The notes beneath the pieces are model-generated. The model did not search any database and was not told the DNA's origin. It worked only from the letters and a program-made list of their open reading frames with translations. Shown in pieces: positions 60,070-64,000 of a stretch of DNA of 64,000 nucleotides. Source of the stretch: Thermoplasmatota archaeon (GTDB lineage: Archaea; Thermoplasmatota; Thermoplasmata; Halarchaeoplasmatales; Halarchaeoplasmataceae); contig JBNJDY010000001.1 in NCBI GenBank assembly GCA_051745305.1, positions 2,065-66,064 on the forward strand, read 5' to 3'. The number at the start of each line of letters is the position of its first letter. Position 1 is the stretch's first letter. The position numbers and the translations under genes were made by a program.

Positions 60070-60125
60070 ACCTTTTTTTAACTTTTTTAACTTCTTTACG
60101 ATCTTTTTTTCTAATCTATTGTTCT
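60070..60125 (+). terminator. T-rich archaeal terminator region after the 59779 gene
   Basis: There are successive oligo-T tracts: tttttttaactttttt and atcttttttt. Confidence 0.45.
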
Positions 60126-60173
60126 AGTTTTGTACCAAAATCCTTTTTTAAAATAGGCACGGATTAATTAGTA

Positions 60174-61208
60174 GTGATAAACATGAAAGCGATGAACAAA
60201 AAATTAGGAGTGATATTGAGCGTAATACTGATAGCTTTAATCCCAGTATCACTAGCGACTACATCGATTGCCGAAGAAAGCGGACCGATAGATGGATTTG
60301 ACCCGCCAGTAGATGGTGGGGAAATGTTTAGGAACAGAACTGAAAACGCCGCTTCACACGGTGCAGCAACATTTTTGAAAGTTGAAGACTATGAACCTTG
60401 GGCGGCTTTAGTTATAAACGCCGGAGATCCAAGAGGTGTTGATGAGGTTACTGCAAGTTTTGAAAACGACACACTGAGGATAGAAGCCCAAGATAGCAAC
60501 TCTACAAATCACGTTACTATACTGATAAACAAAGAATTCGCTGACGAATATCTAGCTGATGCTGAAAGTGATTTAGAAATAGAAACAAGCGATGCTGTGA
60601 ACTACGACGGTTTAGAGAATTCCAACTCAAGTGCCGGCGAAGGAGCTGTTTACGTCTTCCATATCGAGCATTTCAGTACGCAATGGTTCGAGATAACGAG
60701 TTCAATCGTTGACATCGATCCACCCGTTGAGGGGGGAGAAACTTTCAGGAACACAGCTCAAAACGCTGCCTCTAATGGTGCAGCTTCATTCCTTTGGGTA
60801 GAGGATTATAAACCATGGGCCGCTTTAGTCATTAATGCTGGAGATCAGAGAGGTGTCGATGCGGTTACTGCAAGTTTTGAAAACGACACACTGAGGATAG
60901 AAGCCCAAGATAGCAACTCTACAAATCACGTTACTATACTGATAAACAAAGAATTCGCTGACGAATATCTAGCTGATGCTGAAAGTGATTTAGAAATAGA
61001 AACAAGCGATGCTGTGAACTACGACGGTTTAGAGAATTCCAACTCAAGTGCCGGTGGAGGAGCTGTTTACGTCTTCCATATCGAGCATTTCAGTACACAA
61101 TGGTTCGAGATATCCGCTGAGGAATCCATACCATTCATAGGTATTCCACTGATGTTGATGGCAGGAGCTATTCCAGTAGTGTACTATTACTTCAAGAAAA
61201 AAGAATAA
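60174..61208 (+). CDS. Secreted/cell-surface protein with two tandem 139-aa repeats and a C-terminal TM anchor
   Basis: It has a signal-peptide-like N-terminus, many NxS/T sequons, the duplicated module DPPV(D/E)GGE.FRN...STQWFEI, and the C-terminal anchor IPLMLMAGAIPVVYYYFKKKE. Confidence 0.65.
   Translation: MINMKAMNKKLGVILSVILIALIPVSLATTSIAEESGPIDGFDPPVDGGEMFRNRTENAASHGAATFLKVEDYEPWAALVINAGDPRGVDEVTASFENDTLRIEAQDSNSTNHVTILINKEFADEYLADAESDLEIETSDAVNYDGLENSNSSAGEGAVYVFHIEHFSTQWFEITSSIVDIDPPVEGGETFRNTAQNAASNGAASFLWVEDYKPWAALVINAGDQRGVDAVTASFENDTLRIEAQDSNSTNHVTILINKEFADEYLADAESDLEIETSDAVNYDGLENSNSSAGGGAVYVFHIEHFSTQWFEISAEESIPFIGIPLMLMAGAIPVVYYYFKKKE
60290..61123 (+). repeat. Two in-frame tandem direct repeats of 417 bp, with about 248 bp nearly identical between the copies
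   Basis: Segment 60447..60694 recurs at 60864..61111 with only about 3 mismatches. The first halves of the two units are more diverged. Confidence 0.8.
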
Positions 61209-61240
61209 AAACGCTCAAAAAAACCTTTTTTTCTATTTTT
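61209..61240. terminator. Bidirectional T/A-rich terminator between convergent genes
   Basis: The sequence is aaaaaaacctttttttctatttttc, lying between the stop of 60174(+) and the stop of 61241(-). Confidence 0.45.
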
Positions 61241-62158
61241 CTATATTCCTGCTAATAATGTAACACGTGTTCTTTCACCCAAGTCAGGATCTTTTTTCAA
61301 TCCCCACATTATATTTGCATTTGGTGATCTTCGTCGGATCACTTCTAAAGCATCTTCTGCTTCTAATTCAGCAGAACCCTGACCGCTTGTAACCACGGTT
61401 AAAATAGTCTCGTATTTTTCTGGATTATCTAGCCACGGCGATCTGTAAGCTTCTTTGGATGCCCTTTTACCTCTTTTCCTACCTTTCCCGTAACCAGCAC
61501 CTATTCTAAATTCGTCCACACCTTTACAGAAGTCCCGAAGTGAAGAAATATCTCCTCTAGTCATAACCGCGTTGAAATCAGTAATAGGGAGCATAATAAT
61601 AGAATTCATAACATCGAAAGCTTTTGTCATAGGGAGATGAGGGCTCATTTTTAGTAATCTACTGTTCTCAAAAACACCTAAGACGTCACAGTTATTACTT
61701 ATTTTTTCCTTTGATTCTTTAGCTAGACGGTATCTAGAACCACCTTCATTTCTAAATGGCATTGCCACAAATACCATTGTGAAACCTTGTTTTGAAGCTT
61801 TTTTTGAAAATATAGGAGTGGTCCAACTTCCCGTTTGCCCTCCTAGACCAGATAATATGTAAAAGAGATCACCAGATTCTGTAGAACGATCTATTTTATC
61901 TTCAGAGAGGTTAGAATAAGAGTTTCTAAAATTTGCCATCGAATCGTAAGAGTTTCTAATCTCATGTTTATCGATATTAATAAAGGAACAGTTACTGAAT
62001 CGCCTTTTTTCACCAACTTCACAAAACGACATATTCGTTACCGATTGATCATCCATCAGAGAGGATAATATATTCCTTCCTGCACCACCTATGCCAAATA
62101 CTTTTGTTTCTGGTCTATCTCTATTTATTTCTGCTCCGAATCTCAAGGTTTTTCCCAT
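61241..62158 (-). CDS. Divergent FtsZ/tubulin-superfamily protein with a non-canonical GTP-binding signature
   Basis: It is FtsZ-like over its full length (FGIGGAGRNILS, a PF.NEG T5-like region, C-terminal domain). The glycine signature is GLGGQTGSW instead of GGGTGTG. Confidence 0.6.
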   Translation of the reverse strand: MGKTLRFGAEINRDRPETKVFGIGGAGRNILSSLMDDQSVTNMSFCEVGEKRRFSNCSFINIDKHEIRNSYDSMANFRNSYSNLSEDKIDRSTESGDLFYILSGLGGQTGSWTTPIFSKKASKQGFTMVFVAMPFRNEGGSRYRLAKESKEKISNNCDVLGVFENSRLLKMSPHLPMTKAFDVMNSIIMLPITDFNAVMTRGDISSLRDFCKGVDEFRIGAGYGKGRKRGKRASKEAYRSPWLDNPEKYETILTVVTSGQGSAELEAEDALEVIRRRSPNANIMWGLKKDPDLGERTRVTLLAGI

Positions 62159-62195
62159 CTTATACGTTCCTCATAATAATTGATAAGATAAAAAA

Positions 62196-62627
62196 CTATT
62201 TGTTATCTGAGAACAAAGATCTTTTATTCTTAAAAAAATCCGATTCTGCACCACCATCTAAAAAGATCCTTCTTCTAGATGAATACCATCCTGTTAATCC
62301 TCCGATGATCGGAGATACATACGACGCAAATACAGCCTCATGTGTACCGAATAATACAAAGGCTAAATAAACCCCTATAAATAAGTTGATAATTATTGGT
62401 ACTATCCAACCTAAGCTAAAACCGAAGTAAACACCAAAAAAGATCCCTGTAAAACTACCGATAAGTAGAGCGATACCTAAAAATGATATGTAATTTGAAC
62501 CTAAAATAATCCCTACTATAAGTGTGACTATTCCTACAACGAATAAAAATGAAAGCTGCTTCCAAATTTCTGTATATTTTTGAAAGACATCATTTATCCT
62601 TTCGATTTTAGATTTTTCGTCCATCAC
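62196..62627 (-). CDS. Small membrane protein (4 TM)
   Basis: It is hydrophobic and co-oriented 37 bp upstream of the FtsZ-like gene. Confidence 0.4.
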   Translation of the reverse strand: MMDEKSKIERINDVFQKYTEIWKQLSFLFVVGIVTLIVGIILGSNYISFLGIALLIGSFTGIFFGVYFGFSLGWIVPIIINLFIGVYLAFVLFGTHEAVFASYVSPIIGGLTGWYSSRRRIFLDGGAESDFFKNKRSLFSDNK

Positions 62628-62761
62628 AGATCACATCACTCATAGATTTATTGGATTTTAGATAATAAGGTATCTATAATTCTTTTGGTTGTTTTAGGAA
62701 TTTTAAACTGATGAAAAGTTAAAAATACAACTTAATACAATATATTAACGGGTGTATAAAG

Positions 62762-63496
62762 ATGGTTCCTTGTTATGAGGTTATAGAAAATGAAGAAATA
62801 TCAGATGTAGAATGCCTTATCGCTGGTTTTCCTGCCATGGGATTGATAGGGGGGATTGCTAGTGAACAATTGATAAACAGTTTAGATATGGTTCAGGTAG
62901 CATCTCTTACTTGTGATGAGTTCCCTCCGACTTCGGTTATATTCGAAGGGGTACCAAGAAGGCCTTTAAGATTTTTTATTCATGAGGACTTGATGCTAGT
63001 TAAATCAGATATGGTTATACCAAATCACCTGATAACTAAATTAGCGGGTGAAATCATTGATTGGAGCATTGAAAAAGGAGTCCAGGAGATAATAACTCTA
63101 GACGGGATACCTCAAAAAGAAGATACTGACGAGGTGAAAATATGGGGTGCTTTGAGTAGTCGAGAACATACTGAAGAACTAGAAGAGATGGGTATAGAGA
63201 TGATCGAAAGAGGTGCGATTGCTGGCATCTCAAGTTCCCTTCTACTTGAAGCTGTAGAACATGACATTAAAGCACTCGGATTGTTCGCAGAGGGGGCTCA
63301 TAAAATACCAGACCCAAGAGCTTCTGCAGCATTGTTAGAAGTATTAGCAGAATATAAAAGTCTAGATATTGATATCCAGACACTGCTCGACAGTGCTGAT
63401 AAGCTAGAGAAAGAATTCGAAGATTTGGTACAGCAAACAGAGGAATTGAAAAAAGATATGGATAGTAAGTCCGCACATCCGCCCTTATACGGGTAA
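62762..63496 (+). CDS. PAC2-family proteasome assembly chaperone (PbaA/PbaB-like) with C-terminal HbYX motif
   Basis: It has the N-terminal AGFPAMGLIGGIA motif and a C-terminus ending ...PPLYG (hydrophobic-Tyr-X). Confidence 0.6.
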   Translation: MVPCYEVIENEEISDVECLIAGFPAMGLIGGIASEQLINSLDMVQVASLTCDEFPPTSVIFEGVPRRPLRFFIHEDLMLVKSDMVIPNHLITKLAGEIIDWSIEKGVQEIITLDGIPQKEDTDEVKIWGALSSREHTEELEEMGIEMIERGAIAGISSSLLLEAVEHDIKALGLFAEGAHKIPDPRASAALLEVLAEYKSLDIDIQTLLDSADKLEKEFEDLVQQTEELKKDMDSKSAHPPLYG

Positions 63497-63643
63497 GTTT
63501 GAAGAGCCAAAATAACTCTAAGATCCTGTTTCATCTCATCAGGTATGATAAATCTTCCAACCAAAATAGCTCAACGAGCCACATCAAACCTAAGTTATCT
63601 TCCGATAACTATTTTTGTGAGTATACAGAATATTTGATTAAAG

Positions 63644-64000
63644 ATGGAACCCGATACAAACATATATCGTTCAGAGCGGTTGAAGTGGAAACTCATATCC
63701 AAACACAAAGGTGATCGTCTAGAAGAACTTATAGACGGTGATATAAAAGAGAACACAGAAGGAGAATTTTATGAATTAATAGATGAAGTTAATGTGAACT
63801 TCGATATAAAAAACAGTAAATTCGTTGAAGATGACCTGCTTTCCGACCTGAAGTTAGTCCCTGGAATAGGTGAAAAAACCGAGGAAAAATTAAAGAAAAA
63901 TGGTATCCGAGATCATTATGGATTAAAAGATAATGAACGCTTTTGTAATCACGTGGAAGAGATAATCGATGAGGTAAAATGTAGAGACCTTAAAAGACTG
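63644..64000 (+). CDS. Hypothetical protein with a helix-hairpin-helix motif, 3' partial
   Basis: Frame 2 is open from the ATG at 63644 to the window end. It has the HhH-like motif LVPGIGEKTEEKLKKNGI. Confidence 0.4.
   Translation, partial: MEPDTNIYRSERLKWKLISKHKGDRLEELIDGDIKENTEGEFYELIDEVNVNFDIKNSKFVEDDLLSDLKLVPGIGEKTEEKLKKNGIRDHYGLKDNERFCNHVEEIIDEVKCRDLKRL

Noticed and set aside
60290-61123. Direct repeats that might be taken for a CRISPR-like or satellite array
   Set aside because: There are only two units of 417 bp, both in-frame within a single long ORF and encoding a duplicated protein module. There are no short spacers and no cas genes.
62628-62761. Possible C/D-box sRNA (ctgatga ... 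ctga) in the intergenic region
   Set aside because: The boxes are imperfect (C instead of R at box C position 1) and no guide-length spacing or terminal stem is evident. It is more likely promoter sequence.
63499-63714. 71-aa ORF after the PAC2 gene
   Set aside because: It is overlapped by a longer open frame from 63644 to the window end that has a credible HhH motif. The 71-aa ORF has no features.

Overview
This is a 64 kb stretch of archaeal chromosome, AT-rich and dense with genes, with a markedly acidic predicted proteome. It looks like an anaerobic euryarchaeon, possibly Thermoplasmatota-like. The evidence for that is a two-subunit 2-oxoacid:ferredoxin oxidoreductase, a Pyrococcus-type sulfhydrogenase operon (hydB-hydG-hydD-hydA plus maturation protease), a tungsten-type aldehyde:ferredoxin oxidoreductase, and the archaeal L7Ae-S28e-L24e-ndk cluster with tfs, priL, Trm56, a Fap7-like kinase and ftsZ. 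I annotate about 75 protein genes and one tRNA. I saw no rRNA, CRISPR array, transposase or integrase. The most notable items are listed below.
- A heliorhodopsin gene with the conserved RWVEYS counterion motif and a TM7 lysine in the motif VAKSALAWQ.
- A tRNA-His that encodes G-1 and carries about 29 nt of extra sequence, most simply an intron at a non-canonical position.
- A strongly divergent FtsZ/tubulin paralog co-oriented with a small membrane protein.
- A stand-alone STAND-type ATPase with TPR repeats and no effector domain.
- An HTH plus ATPase protein whose Walker A lysine is replaced by cysteine, followed by a small acidic protein.
- Three tandem ArsR-like paralogs.
- A mirrored Usp-permease-permease-Usp duplication.
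- Trm56-HD and RNase HI-zinc-ribbon fusions.
- An undecaprenyl-diphosphate-synthase gene with no canonical start codon for its conserved N-terminus.
- A 417-bp in-frame tandem duplication inside a surface-protein gene, with about 248 bp nearly identical between copies.
All calls come from reading the translated ORFs for family motifs. No database searches were run, and no quantitative statistics were computed.
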